Origin: Nitrospira sp.
GTDB lineage: Bacteria; Nitrospirota; Nitrospiria; Nitrospirales; Nitrospiraceae
Length of the DNA: 64,000 nucleotides
Direction of reading: 5' to 3'
NCBI GenBank assembly: GCA_047150005.1
Contig: AP038806.1
Location: forward strand, 512,001 to 576,000
This document shows positions 48,474-58,688 of the stretch, one piece after another. Position numbers and translations under genes: made by a program. How positions within the stretch are numbered: position 1 is the first letter of the stretch; each line of letters begins with the position of its first letter. The notes under the pieces were generated by a model, which saw only the letters and a list, made by a program, of their open reading frames with translations, did not search any database and was not told the origin of the DNA.

Positions 48474-49864
48474 CGATAAAAGCGAAGTCCCGATACCTGG
48501 GCGACCAGTTCATCCACGCGGCGGTTCACCGCGCTGAAGGGGTCCATGCACAGGATCGTTTCTTCCCAATACCCGTTGAGTTTCAAATAGGTCCAATCGA
48601 CCGTGTACGACCGGTTCTTCGCCCGCGCGAACCGGATGAAGTCGCCCCGCACCTTGGCCCTGGTGGTCTGGGGCGGCGTGGACATGGCGCGCTGCACGGC
48701 GTCTTCCTCCGCCACCCGCTCGACTAGGCCGCGGGATTCCATGAGATAGTACAACCCCCTGGTGCGTTTCACGTCATGAAATTGGAGGTCCAGCAGGAAC
48801 ACCCGCGGATCGTCCCAGCCGCAGCCCTTTTTGTCGATGTACGACTGGATGAGATGCCGCTTGGTGACCCAATCGATCTCCCGCACGAGCTGCAACGGAT
48901 CCTCTTCGAGTTTGTCCAGAATCGCGCCCCAGCGCTTCCAGACCTCGTCCAGGATCGGGTCGTGGTCCTGCTGCTCCAGATATTCCTGAGCGCGCGCCAG
49001 ATAGACGCGCTGGATCTCCACGGCGGTCATCTGCCGGCCATCGTCCAGCTTGACCTTGCGCTTCACGGTCGGGTCGCGGGAGATCTCCCGGATGGCCTTC
49101 ACCGGATCCTCCAGCTCCATGCCGTGCACCGTGTAGCCCTCCTCGATCATCGAGAGCACCAGCGTGGCCGTGCCGACCTTGAGGAAGGTCACCAGCTCCG
49201 ACATGTTGGAGTCGCCCACGATGATGTGGAGCCGGCGGTAGCGCTCCGCGTCGGCGTGGGGTTCGTCCCGCGTGTTGATGATGCTCCGCGACGACGTAGT
49301 GGAGGACGAGGTCTTTTCGTGAATGTGCTGCGCGCGTTGCGAGATGAAGTACTGCGGCTTGCCCGACACCTTCAGCACCTTGCCGGCGCCGCTGTAGACC
49401 TGTCTGGTCACGAAGAACGGGATGAGCTGCTCGGTGACCTTCCAGAAGTCGACGTCGCGGCGCATGAGGAAGTTCTCGTGGCAGCCGTAGGTGTTGCCCA
49501 GCGAATCGGTGTTGTTCTTGAAGATGTAGATCTCGCCCGACAGCCCTTCTTCGCGCAGCCGCTCCTCGGCCGCCGGCAGGCAGGCTTCCAGCAGGCGCTC
49601 GCCGGCCTTGTCGTGGACGACGAGGTCGAGGATGTTGTCGCATTCCGGGGTCGAATATTCCGGGTGGCAGCCGGTGTCCTGGTAGAACCGCGCGCCGTTG
49701 ACGAGGAAGGCGTTGGACGGCCAACTGTTGGGAATCAGCCCTTCGAAGATATAACCGAGCACCTTCTCCATGGGAAGGTAGATCCGGCCGTTGGGCGAGA
49801 AGATGAGCCCGTACTCGTTCTCCAGGCCGAAGATCCGCTGCTTCATGGGACCGGGGGACATCAT
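48470..49864 (-). CDS. pafA: Pup-protein ligase
   Basis: RIFGLENEYG, NGARFYQD, HPEYSTPEC, YGCHENFL, INTRDEPHAD, RLHIIVGDSN, VDW. Confidence 0.92.
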   Translation of the reverse strand: MMSPGPMKQRIFGLENEYGLIFSPNGRIYLPMEKVLGYIFEGLIPNSWPSNAFLVNGARFYQDTGCHPEYSTPECDNILDLVVHDKAGERLLEACLPAAEERLREEGLSGEIYIFKNNTDSLGNTYGCHENFLMRRDVDFWKVTEQLIPFFVTRQVYSGAGKVLKVSGKPQYFISQRAQHIHEKTSSSTTSSRSIINTRDEPHADAERYRRLHIIVGDSNMSELVTFLKVGTATLVLSMIEEGYTVHGMELEDPVKAIREISRDPTVKRKVKLDDGRQMTAVEIQRVYLARAQEYLEQQDHDPILDEVWKRWGAILDKLEEDPLQLVREIDWVTKRHLIQSYIDKKGCGWDDPRVFLLDLQFHDVKRTRGLYYLMESRGLVERVAEEDAVQRAMSTPPQTTRAKVRGDFIRFARAKNRSYTVDWTYLKLNGYWEETILCMDPFSAVNRRVDELVAQVSGLRFYR

Positions 49865-50013
49865 CGGGTTCCTCCCAGTGCGCGCCGGTCGCTTCGTCGC
49901 CCGTCGGGACGACGGGCCGTTGCGGCGCCCTCATGACACAGAATACACACCCCCTCCCGGATCTTCAACAGAACCGGGAGATCGCTCGGGATCTGCGAGC
50001 GCGACGGCGACCG

Positions 50014-50697
50014 TCAGGACAGCAACTGTTTGGTTTCGACCGGCGTGAAGCGGCGGAATTTTCTGCTGTCCCTCGTGCGATCGAGGACCGCGACCTCCAG
50101 GCTCTCCGGGGACAACTTTTGATTTCCGGTCGGGTCGAGGGACGAGACACAGAGCGCGAGCGCGGCCTTGAGATCGGGGAGCTGCGCCGGCAGCTTGTCT
50201 TTGAGCAAGGCCTGCACGGCGTCGGACTTGCCGCCGATGACCGCGTAGAGACGCTCGTCGATGATGCTGCCGTCGAAGGAGATGCGGTACATCTCGTTGG
50301 CGTGGCCGTTGTTGCCGATCTGCACGACCAGAATCTCCACCTCGAGCGGCTTGAGCTCCTGGCTGAAGATCGTGCCCAGACTCTGGGAATAGCCGTTGGC
50401 CAGCGAGCGGGCGGTCACGTCTTCGCGGCTGTACATGAACCCCTTGAGATCGGCATGGCGGATACCGGCCTTTCTGAGGTTTTCGAACTCGCTGTACTTG
50501 CCCGCGCCCGCGAAGGCGATATTATCGTAAATCTCGGAGATCTTGTGGAGGGAGGCGCTGGGATTGTCGGCCGCCAACAGGATGCCGTTGACGTATTCCA
50601 TGGCGACGATGGACCGGCCGCGAGCGATGCCCTTGCGGGCATACTCCGCCTTGTCCTGCATCATCTGTTCGGGCGACACGTAATAGGGCATCGCCAT
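50014..50697 (-). CDS. prcA: 20S proteasome alpha subunit
   Basis: PYYVSPEQMMQDKAEYARKGIARGRS, KISEIYD, KPLEVE. Confidence 0.96.
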   Translation of the reverse strand: MAMPYYVSPEQMMQDKAEYARKGIARGRSIVAMEYVNGILLAADNPSASLHKISEIYDNIAFAGAGKYSEFENLRKAGIRHADLKGFMYSREDVTARSLANGYSQSLGTIFSQELKPLEVEILVVQIGNNGHANEMYRISFDGSIIDERLYAVIGGKSDAVQALLKDKLPAQLPDLKAALALCVSSLDPTGNQKLSPESLEVAVLDRTRDSRKFRRFTPVETKQLLS

Positions 50698-50699
50698 GG

Positions 50700-51524
50700 T
50701 CAGTGTTCCTTCGCCCGGCGCGCGGCGAGCATCTCGTCGTAGATCCCGCGGATCTGCTGCTCGGACACGTCGGTGATGCCGGCGGCGTTCACGATCTTCG
50801 CGGTGGGATAGATGCCGCGGACCAGGTCGGGTCCGCCGGTGCCGACATCGTCGTCGGCGGCGTTGTACAGAGCCAACAGCGCCAGCTTGAGCCCCTCTTG
50901 TTCGGACATTCCCTTGCGGAAATGCTCCCGCATGGCGTTGCGCGCATCCTTCCCGCCGGAGCCGATGGCGTGATAGTCCGATTCCTCATAGCGGCCGCCG
51001 GCCAAGTCGTACTTGAAGATCCGGCCCTCCGCGCGCTTCAGATCGTAGCCGACGTAGAGCGGCATGACCACCAAGCCCTGAAAGACCATGGGCAGATTGG
51101 CTTTCACCATCTGCCCGAGCTTGTTGGCCTTGCCTTCGCAGGACAGCTGCACGCCTTCCAGCTTCTCGTAATGTTCGAGCTCGGTCTGAAAGAGCTTGGC
51201 CATCTCGACGCAGGGCCCTGCGGCGCCCGCAATGGCCATGGCCGAGTAGTCGTCGATCTTGAAGACCTTCTCGATGCGCCGCTCGGCGATCTGGAACCCC
51301 TCGGTCGCGCGGCGGTCTCCGGCGATCACGACCCCACCGTGATACTTGAGGCCGAGCACCGTGGTGGCCTGCGGCACGGTTACGGACCCGGCCTGCCTGG
51401 CAAAATCCGCCCCGGCCGGCGCCATCGCCGCAGCCCGGACCCCCGGAGCGAGATCGGGGTGTTGCGCGGTAAGGAAATCGAAAAAGCTGGAGTCGTCGTG
51501 GTTGGGGAGAAACGGCAGCTTCAT
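50700..51524 (-). CDS. prcB: 20S proteasome beta subunit
   Basis: Propeptide then TTVL, AGDRRAT, GSGG, TGGPDL..IYP. Confidence 0.96.
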   Translation of the reverse strand: MKLPFLPNHDDSSFFDFLTAQHPDLAPGVRAAAMAPAGADFARQAGSVTVPQATTVLGLKYHGGVVIAGDRRATEGFQIAERRIEKVFKIDDYSAMAIAGAAGPCVEMAKLFQTELEHYEKLEGVQLSCEGKANKLGQMVKANLPMVFQGLVVMPLYVGYDLKRAEGRIFKYDLAGGRYEESDYHAIGSGGKDARNAMREHFRKGMSEQEGLKLALLALYNAADDDVGTGGPDLVRGIYPTAKIVNAAGITDVSEQQIRGIYDEMLAARRAKEH

Positions 51525-53017
51525 CAGGCTTTCAACTTCGCGAGCAACGCCTCGGCGCTGTCCGATTGCTCGATCAGCTCGGCGGTGAGCGCCTCGGTGC
51601 CCCGGAGCGGATCCATCAGCGGCACCTTCTTGATCGTCGTGTTGCCCACGTCGAACAGCACGGAGGTCCAGCTCGCGCCATAAATCGATTTAGCATATTT
51701 CCCCACGCAACGCCCGCGGAAGTAGGCTCTGGTCCCGGAGGGCGGCAGGAACTCCGCCCGTGAGATTTCCACGTCCTGCACGATGCGTTCGATCATGTGG
51801 CTGCGCTCGAGGGTGTAGTACAGGCCCTTGTCCGGCCGGACATCGTGGTATTGAAGGTCCATGAGACGGATACGAGGATCGTTCCACCCGCAGCCCTTGC
51901 GCTCCATGTAGGATTCCATCAGGTGGCGCTTGGCGACCCAATCCAGCTCCCGAACGAGCGAGTGCGGGTCGCGCTCCAGCTTGTCGAGCACTTCTTCCCA
52001 GCGGACGAGCACGTCCTTCGTGACTTGAGGCAGATCGTGGCAGGCGTAAAAGTCCATCGCCGCCTTGAGGTACCCGCGCTGGATCGCCAGAGCCGTCGTC
52101 GCCTGCCCGCCGGCGAGCCGCAGCTGCTCCCTGATCGTGAGATCCCTCGATACCTGTTTGATGGCCCGGACCGGATCCTCCAGCTCGAACTTCGGCAGAT
52201 TCGCGCCCGCTTCCACCAGATCGAGCACCATCGCCATGGTGCCGATCTTCAGATAGGTCGAGAGCTCGGCCATGTTGGCATCGCCCACGATGACGTGGAG
52301 CCGGCGATATTTGGAGTGATCGCAATGGGGCTCATCGCGCGAGTTCACGATGGGACGCTTCACCATCGTGTTCAGATCGACCAGACATTCGAAGAAATCG
52401 GCCCGCTGAGAAATCTGGTAGTCCACCGGGCCGGTCTGATTCTCCGCTCCGACCTTGCCCGCGCCGGCGAAAATGAGACGGCTCACGAAGAACGGCGCAA
52501 GCACCTGCACGAGCCGTTCAAAAGGAACGGACCGGGACACGAGATAATTTTCGTGGTAGCCGTAGCTGTTCCCCTTGCCGTCGGAATTGTTCTTGTACAG
52601 GACGAGCTGCTCGCGGCCCCGCGCCTTGGTCATCGCGTCGAGGCATTGGGCGAGAATCCGTTCGGCCACCCGTTCGAAGGCCACGACCTCTCGGGGATTC
52701 GTGCATTCCGGTGTGGAGTATTCGGGATGCGCCCCATCGACGTAGAGACGCCCGCCGTTGGCCAATACCTTGTTCAGCTGTCGGTTGTAGTCGGGATTCG
52801 GCCGTTCCCGCTCCCCGTCCACTTCGAAGCCGCGGGCGTCGAGCAGCGGATTTTCGTTCTCATAGTCCCAGACGGCGTGCGGCACCGACAGCCCGGGATA
52901 ATGGCCGATGGCGGCGAGCGAGTTGGTGATGGGATCCGCCAGGGCGGCATCGCGCGAAGCGATGCCGAATTCCGTCTCCGTACCCAGCACCCGAGGTGTT
53001 GAAGGAGCGTCCGCCAT
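51524..53017 (-). CDS. dop: Depupylase/deamidase Dop
   Basis: GTETEFGI, WDYENENPLLDARG (Dop loop), YVDGAHPEYS, YKNNSDGKGNSYG. Confidence 0.92.
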   Translation of the reverse strand: MADAPSTPRVLGTETEFGIASRDAALADPITNSLAAIGHYPGLSVPHAVWDYENENPLLDARGFEVDGERERPNPDYNRQLNKVLANGGRLYVDGAHPEYSTPECTNPREVVAFERVAERILAQCLDAMTKARGREQLVLYKNNSDGKGNSYGYHENYLVSRSVPFERLVQVLAPFFVSRLIFAGAGKVGAENQTGPVDYQISQRADFFECLVDLNTMVKRPIVNSRDEPHCDHSKYRRLHVIVGDANMAELSTYLKIGTMAMVLDLVEAGANLPKFELEDPVRAIKQVSRDLTIREQLRLAGGQATTALAIQRGYLKAAMDFYACHDLPQVTKDVLVRWEEVLDKLERDPHSLVRELDWVAKRHLMESYMERKGCGWNDPRIRLMDLQYHDVRPDKGLYYTLERSHMIERIVQDVEISRAEFLPPSGTRAYFRGRCVGKYAKSIYGASWTSVLFDVGNTTIKKVPLMDPLRGTEALTAELIEQSDSAEALLAKLKA

Positions 53018-53027
53018 GGATGATGTT

Positions 53028-54800
53028 TTACAGATAGTGGCCCGTGGTGACCGTCTCTATCTGACGTGACTCGGTCGGGGCCCCGCTGATCGTTCGGATA
53101 TGGACGATCTTCTCGCCTTTTTTCCCGGCCACCTTGGCCCAGTCGTCGGGATTCGTCGTGTTGGGCAGATCCTCGTGCTCTTTGAACTCTTCCCTGATGG
53201 CCCGGATGAGGTCTTCGGATCTGAGCCCCCGCCCTTCCTGAGCGATCGCGCGCTTGACCGCGTACTTCTTCGCACGCGACACGATGCCCTCGATGAGCGC
53301 CCCGCTGGCGAAATCTTTGAAGTAAAGAATCTCCTTCTCCCCGTTGGCATAGGTCACTTCGATGAACTTGTTCTCCTCCGAGGGCGCGTACATCGCCTCC
53401 ACGGTGATCTGCGTCAGATGCTCGACCAGGGCCTTGGCGTCGCCGCCGTGCCGCTTGAGTTCGTCTTCCGCGAACGGCAGGTCCGTGGAGAGATACTTGG
53501 AGAAGATGTCCTTGGCGGCGGCGATCTCCGGCCGGCCGACCTTCACCTTCACGTCCAGCCGGCCTGCGCGCAGCACCGCGGGGTCGATGAGATCCTGGCG
53601 GTTGCTGGCTCCGATCACGATCACGTTGCGCAGGCTCTCGACGCCGTCGATCTCGGAGAGGAACTGCGGCACGATCGTCGATTCGATGTCGGACGAAATC
53701 CCCGTGCCGCGCGTGCGGAACAACGCGTCCATCTCGTCGAAAAAGACGATGACCGGATTGCCGTCGGCCGCCCGTTCCTTGGCCTTCTTGAACACCTCGC
53801 GCACCTGCCGCTCGGATTCTCCGACGTACTTGTTGAGCAACTCGGGGCCCTTCACATGGAGGAAGTAGCTCCGGACTTCCTTGCCGGTGAGGTGGCCGAG
53901 CTTCTTGGCGATGGAATTGGCGACGGCCTTGGCGATCAGCGTCTTGCCGCAACCCGGCGGGCCGTACAGGAGCACACCCTTGGGCGCGCTGAGATGGAAT
54001 TCCGCGAACAGCTCGGGATGCAGGAAGGGCAGCTCGACGGCGTCGCGCACTTGCTCCAACTCACGCTGGAGTCCGCCGATACGGGCGTAATCCACGTCCG
54101 GCACTTCTTCGAGAACGAGTTCCTCCGCTTCCGACTTGGGCAGCTTCTCGATGACACAGCCGGACCGGGGATCATAGAGCAGGTGGTCGCCGACGCTGAG
54201 CCGTTCCAGGAGAAGCGGATCGCCCAACTCCGCGACTTTCTCCTCGTCGAAGTGCAGCGTGACGAGCGCCCGGTTCCCCTCGAGCAGATCCTTGAGCCGC
54301 ACCACCTCGCCCTGCACGTCGAAACCCTTCACTTCGATGACGTTGAGCGCTTCGTTGAGGATCAGTTCCTGTCCCTTCCGCAATTCCTTCCCGTTCACGG
54401 AAGGATGGAGGCTGACCTTCATCTTGCGGCCCGACACATAGACGTTGCCGGTGCCGTCATGATTGAGGCTGGAAAAGATCGCGTAGGCCGAGGGCGGCGC
54501 AGTCAGCTTTTCGACTTCGGCGCGCAAGGCTTCGATCTGCGCCTTGGCTTCCTGCAGCGTCAGGACGAGCTTTTCGTTTTGCTTGGTGGCTTGATCGAGC
54601 TGGTAGCGAGATTGATACAGCCGGCGGATCTCTTCCTCCATCGACTGGATCTGGACTCGAAGCTTCTCGGCTTCGCGGGCCGGTTCGTCATTACGGTGCA
54701 TCACATCCGCCTCTCCATCGGACAACCGCTTCGTCATTCGCGCGACGGAATCGCGGAGGGACCGGAGTCGGCTCGGACTTCCCTTCTTCCCGCTCATCAA
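53028..54800 (-). CDS. arc: Proteasome-associated ATPase ARC/Mpa
   Basis: N-terminal coiled coil, GPPGCGKT, KGPELLNKYVGE, EDLPNTTNPDDW, C-terminal GHYL (GQYL-type gate motif). Confidence 0.96.
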   Translation of the reverse strand: MMSGKKGSPSRLRSLRDSVARMTKRLSDGEADVMHRNDEPAREAEKLRVQIQSMEEEIRRLYQSRYQLDQATKQNEKLVLTLQEAKAQIEALRAEVEKLTAPPSAYAIFSSLNHDGTGNVYVSGRKMKVSLHPSVNGKELRKGQELILNEALNVIEVKGFDVQGEVVRLKDLLEGNRALVTLHFDEEKVAELGDPLLLERLSVGDHLLYDPRSGCVIEKLPKSEAEELVLEEVPDVDYARIGGLQRELEQVRDAVELPFLHPELFAEFHLSAPKGVLLYGPPGCGKTLIAKAVANSIAKKLGHLTGKEVRSYFLHVKGPELLNKYVGESERQVREVFKKAKERAADGNPVIVFFDEMDALFRTRGTGISSDIESTIVPQFLSEIDGVESLRNVIVIGASNRQDLIDPAVLRAGRLDVKVKVGRPEIAAAKDIFSKYLSTDLPFAEDELKRHGGDAKALVEHLTQITVEAMYAPSEENKFIEVTYANGEKEILYFKDFASGALIEGIVSRAKKYAVKRAIAQEGRGLRSEDLIRAIREEFKEHEDLPNTTNPDDWAKVAGKKGEKIVHIRTISGAPTESRQIETVTTGHYL

Positions 54801-54947
54801 TGACCATCCAAGGAAGCGTCAATCCGTTTGCACCACTATAGAAGTCCAAGTCTGCGTGGATTCTATCATCCGGTATTTTCATGGTCAACAGGACGACCGG
54901 TTCCCGCGCGCGTGCATCGTGCGTTTGCGGCGAGGACGTCACGACGA

Positions 54948-55571
54948 TCACGACGCCGCATCGACCAACTCGCGCGCGGCTCGCTCGACGTCGGGCGCCG
55001 AGAGAATGGCCGCGATCACGGCGACGCCGAATGCGCCGGCCCGGCGAACGTCGCGCGCGCGTGCGGCGGTGATGCCGCCGATGCCGAGGACCGGGACACG
55101 CACCCGCGCGCAGATGTTCTCCAGTTCGTGCAGGCCCAACGGGGGACCGAACGAGACTTTCGACGGTGTCGCATAGAGAGGACCGAAGACGACGTAGTCC
55201 GCTCCCTCGGATTCCGCGCGCAGCACGTCCTCGCCGGAATGTGCGGAGACGCCGACGAGACGATCGGCCCCGACCAGCCGTCGCACCACGGCGACCGGCA
55301 GGCTGTCGCTGCGCAGATGGACGCCCGCGTGCTCCATCGCGAGGGCGAGATCCACACGATCGTTGATCAGCAGCCGGCAGCTCGCCGGATCGGCAAGGGT
55401 CCGCACCTCGCGCGCGAGGGCCAGCAGAGCGTTCGTGGAGAGGTCCCGCTCGCGCACCTGCACGGCGGTGACGCCGCCGCGCAGCGCGTGTTCCACCACC
55501 GAGCGCAGGGGCCGTCCACCGGTCCGGTGCCGGTCCGTGACGAGAAGAAGACGAGCGTCGAAGCGAGGCAT
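54948..55571 (-). CDS. thiE: Thiamine-phosphate synthase
   Basis: VQVRER, INDRVD, GVHL, GVSAH, GPLYATPSK, IGGI. Confidence 0.92.
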   Translation of the reverse strand: MPRFDARLLLVTDRHRTGGRPLRSVVEHALRGGVTAVQVRERDLSTNALLALAREVRTLADPASCRLLINDRVDLALAMEHAGVHLRSDSLPVAVVRRLVGADRLVGVSAHSGEDVLRAESEGADYVVFGPLYATPSKVSFGPPLGLHELENICARVRVPVLGIGGITAARARDVRRAGAFGVAVIAAILSAPDVERAARELVDAAS

Positions 55572-55623
55572 GAGATGTTGGGAGATTCCGCGAAATGCGC
55601 TTCACGCTCCACGAGCGACGCCC

Positions 55624-56397
55624 TCAGAGCATCCCTTCGATCGGGCTGCTCGCCGTCGCGTAGAGCCTGCGCGGAATACGTCCGGCCTTGTAGGCGAGCC
55701 GTCCCGCATGCACCGCGTACCGCATCGCCTCCGCCATGGCAATCGGATCCTGGGCCCCGGCGATCGCGGTATTCATCAACACGGCGTCGGCTCCGTACTC
55801 CATGGCCAGCGCGGCATCGGAGGCAGTCCCGACGCCGGCGTCCACCACGATCGGCACCTTGACCGTCTCCATGATGATCTTCAGGTTGTAGGGATTACGG
55901 ATGCCCAGCCCGGACCCGATCGGCGCGGCCAAGGGCATGACCGCCGGGCAACCGATGTCGACCAGCTTCTTGGCGACGATCGGATCGTCGTTCGTGTAGG
56001 GCAGCACGATGAAGCCCTCCTTGACCAGAATCTTCGCGGCCTCGAGCAGGCCCACCGTGTCGGGGAAGAGGGTCTTCTCGTCGCCCAGGACTTCCAGCTT
56101 GATCAGATCGGAGACGCCCGCGGCCCGCGCAAGCCTGGCGTAGCGCACCGCGTCCTCGACCGTGTAGCAGCCGGCGGTGTTCGGGAGGATGATGTACTTT
56201 TTCGGATCGAGGTAGTCGAGCAGGTTTTCCTTGGATCGATCCGTGATATTGACCCGGCGAACGGCCACCGTGACGACGTCGGCCCCGGAGGCTTCGATGG
56301 CTTTTTGGGTTTCCGCAAAGTCCTTGTACTTGCCCGTTCCGACCCACAGCCGCGACTTGAACTCGCGGTCGGCAATCACCAAGCGATCGTCATACAT
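55624..56397 (-). CDS. thiG: Thiazole synthase
   Basis: [38 protein letters not shown]. Confidence 0.97.
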   Translation of the reverse strand: MYDDRLVIADREFKSRLWVGTGKYKDFAETQKAIEASGADVVTVAVRRVNITDRSKENLLDYLDPKKYIILPNTAGCYTVEDAVRYARLARAAGVSDLIKLEVLGDEKTLFPDTVGLLEAAKILVKEGFIVLPYTNDDPIVAKKLVDIGCPAVMPLAAPIGSGLGIRNPYNLKIIMETVKVPIVVDAGVGTASDAALAMEYGADAVLMNTAIAGAQDPIAMAEAMRYAVHAGRLAYKAGRIPRRLYATASSPIEGML

Positions 56398-56665
56398 GGC
56401 CACCGCCCTTCTCCATAGGTACATATATAGAGGAAGCGGCTCCGGCAGTCTCGGTGCCGCCCCCGATAAAGCCCAGGATTTCGATCCGATCTCCTTCTTG
56501 AAGGCCCCGCCGATCGAACTCCGCCCGATCCAGGATTTCCAGATTGAGTTCCACGGCCACCCGTTCGGTCTTGACGGCGAGTTCGCGCAGCAAGTCGCCG
56601 ACAGTCCCGCCGGACTGAAAACCCCGCGGCTCCCCGTTCACACGGATTTGGATCGACCTGGTCAT
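56390..56665 (-). CDS. thiS: Sulfur carrier ThiS with a C-terminal extension after the GG motif
   Basis: [29 protein letters not shown] followed by about 20 extra residues. Confidence 0.9.
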   Translation of the reverse strand: MTRSIQIRVNGEPRGFQSGGTVGDLLRELAVKTERVAVELNLEILDRAEFDRRGLQEGDRIEILGFIGGGTETAGAASSIYVPMEKGGGHV

Positions 56666-56758
56666 CACCGCATCCTAGGTAACCGGAATTCCCGTTGTCA
56701 ACAAAGCCTCCGGCTGCTCCCTTGTCAGCGGACACCCGCGGACGGCAGAATGGGAGTC

Positions 56759-57253
56759 ATGCAGATTCCTCTCAATAATCAGCGGATTGCCGCGACCTTT
56801 CGCGCCATGGCCGACCTGTTGGCCAGCCAACGGGCCAACCCCTACCGGGTCCGGGCGTACCGGCGGGCCGCCGACTCGATCCTCGGTCTAGAGGAAGACC
56901 TCGCCTCGGTCGCCCGGCGGCAGGCGCTGGAAGAGATCGACGGAATCGGACGGGAGCTGGCGGAAAAGATCGAGGAGTTTCTGCGGACGGGGAGCGTGAA
57001 GGCCTACGAATCGCTGAAGACGCCCCTCCCTGAGCCGGTCAAGGAGTGGGCAGCCCTGCCCGGCCTCTCGGACTCGCTCGTCACCTACCTCTACACCCGC
57101 CTGAGCATCACGACGCTGGAGGATCTCGAACGGCTGGTGCGTTCCCACATGCTGCGCACGGTTCCGGGCTTCACCGGACCGGAAGACGCGCTGTTGAATG
57201 CGATCGCTTCGCTCCGCTCGCGCACGCAGCCTACGACGGACGCAGCTCCTTGA
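56759..57253 (+). CDS. Stand-alone PolX N-terminal/helix-hairpin-helix protein
   Basis: NQRIAATFRAMADLL...NPYRVRAYRRAA...IDGIGRELAEKI; no polymerase or PHP domain. Confidence 0.8.
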   Translation: MQIPLNNQRIAATFRAMADLLASQRANPYRVRAYRRAADSILGLEEDLASVARRQALEEIDGIGRELAEKIEEFLRTGSVKAYESLKTPLPEPVKEWAALPGLSDSLVTYLYTRLSITTLEDLERLVRSHMLRTVPGFTGPEDALLNAIASLRSRTQPTTDAAP

Positions 57254-58592
57254 AAATCTTCCAGGTCTTGAGCATCTCCACCGCCTTCTGCAGCTGCACG
57301 TCCTGCTCCAGCGCCAGATCGCCCAACGCATCGACCGGCGGGGCCGCAGCCGGAGCGCTTCCGTTCTTCGTCGCCGCCTCCTCGGTCTTTCCACCAGCCG
57401 AGGACTGCTCCTTCCCCGATGCGGCGCCGGGTTTGGCCTTGACGTCTGCGTCCTTCTCTGCCGGCTTGGCGTCGGCCTTCGCCACCGTGGCCGGCGCCTG
57501 GGGCTTCACGACGATGTCCGGTGTGATGCCGGTGGATTGGATCGACCGCCCCTTCGGCGTGTAGTACTTGGCGGTGGTCAAGCGCAGCCCGGATCCGTCG
57601 CCCAGGGGGAGAATCGTCTGCACCGATCCCTTGCCGAAGGACGTCGTGCCCACGATCACGGCGCGCCCGTAATCTTGCAGCGCTCCGGCCACGATCTCCG
57701 AGGCGCTCGCCGAGCCCTCGTTGACCAGGATGATCATCGGCGCATCGTCCATCTGATCCTTTCCCTTGGCGAACCATTCGTCCTTCTTGCTCTCACGGCC
57801 CTTCGTATACACCACGAGCTTGCCGTTCGGCAGGAACTGCTCCGACACTTCCACGGCCGCCGTCAGAAGCCCGCCGGGATTGTTCCGGAGATCGAGGATC
57901 GTGGACTGCAGCTTCTGTTCTTTGAACTGCTTCAGCACTCGGCCGAGATCCCGGCCGGTGGCCTCCTGGAATTGCGTGAGCCTCACATAGCCGATGTTGT
58001 CCATCACCTTCGACTTGACGCTCTCGATCTTGATCGTGTCCCGCACGAGTGTGAATTGGAGCGGATCCGTCGTGCCGTCCCGTTGAATCGTGAGGTTGAC
58101 CTTGGTGCCTTTGGGACCCCGCATCTTCTGGACCGCGTCCATCAGCGTGAGGTCCTTGGTCGTCTCGTCGTTGACCTTCGTGATGTAGTCGCCCGCCTTG
58201 ATCCCCGCACGGAAGGCCGGTGTGCCCTCGATCGGCGCGATGACCGCCAGCCGATTTTCCTTCACCCCGATCTGGATGCCGACGCCCCCGAACTCCCCTT
58301 TCGTCTCGACCTGCATCTCCTTGTACATCTCGGGCGTCATGTAGGCGGAATGGGGGTCGAGCGTGGAGAGCATCCCGCGGATTGCACCCTGAACGAGATC
58401 CTTCACTTTCGTTTCGTCGACGTAATTTTTTTGGACCTGGGTGAGAACCTCGGAGAAGGTCTTCAACTCCTCGTAGGTCTCGGTGGCATGACCGGTGCGC
58501 TCCCACCCCTTGCCGATCACCACTCCGAAGACCAGCGCCAGACCGATCACCGGACTCAACAGCCAGAATCGCCGCCGTGGATGCCGTTCCAT
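57231..58592 (-). CDS. ctpA: S41 carboxyl-terminal protease
   Basis: LDPHS, PDZ GGVGI, DLRNNPGG, SASASEIVAGALQD, FGKGSVQ. Confidence 0.95.
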   Translation of the reverse strand: MERHPRRRFWLLSPVIGLALVFGVVIGKGWERTGHATETYEELKTFSEVLTQVQKNYVDETKVKDLVQGAIRGMLSTLDPHSAYMTPEMYKEMQVETKGEFGGVGIQIGVKENRLAVIAPIEGTPAFRAGIKAGDYITKVNDETTKDLTLMDAVQKMRGPKGTKVNLTIQRDGTTDPLQFTLVRDTIKIESVKSKVMDNIGYVRLTQFQEATGRDLGRVLKQFKEQKLQSTILDLRNNPGGLLTAAVEVSEQFLPNGKLVVYTKGRESKKDEWFAKGKDQMDDAPMIILVNEGSASASEIVAGALQDYGRAVIVGTTSFGKGSVQTILPLGDGSGLRLTTAKYYTPKGRSIQSTGITPDIVVKPQAPATVAKADAKPAEKDADVKAKPGAASGKEQSSAGGKTEEAATKNGSAPAAAPPVDALGDLALEQDVQLQKAVEMLKTWKIFKELRPS

Positions 58593-58688
58593 AATCCTCA
58601 GTCCTTTCCTTCCGGACAGTCCGTATTGCGTTCCTGTCCCGCCCCCCGAGAGCCGAAGTTCCGTGTCCGAATCTCGGGCCTGCTCATG

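Noticed and set aside
49865..50013. Possible pup or ubact gene between prcA and pafA
   Set aside because: No short ORF ending in a GGE/GGQ-like motif; the ATG at 49934 opens an out-of-frame shadow ORF.
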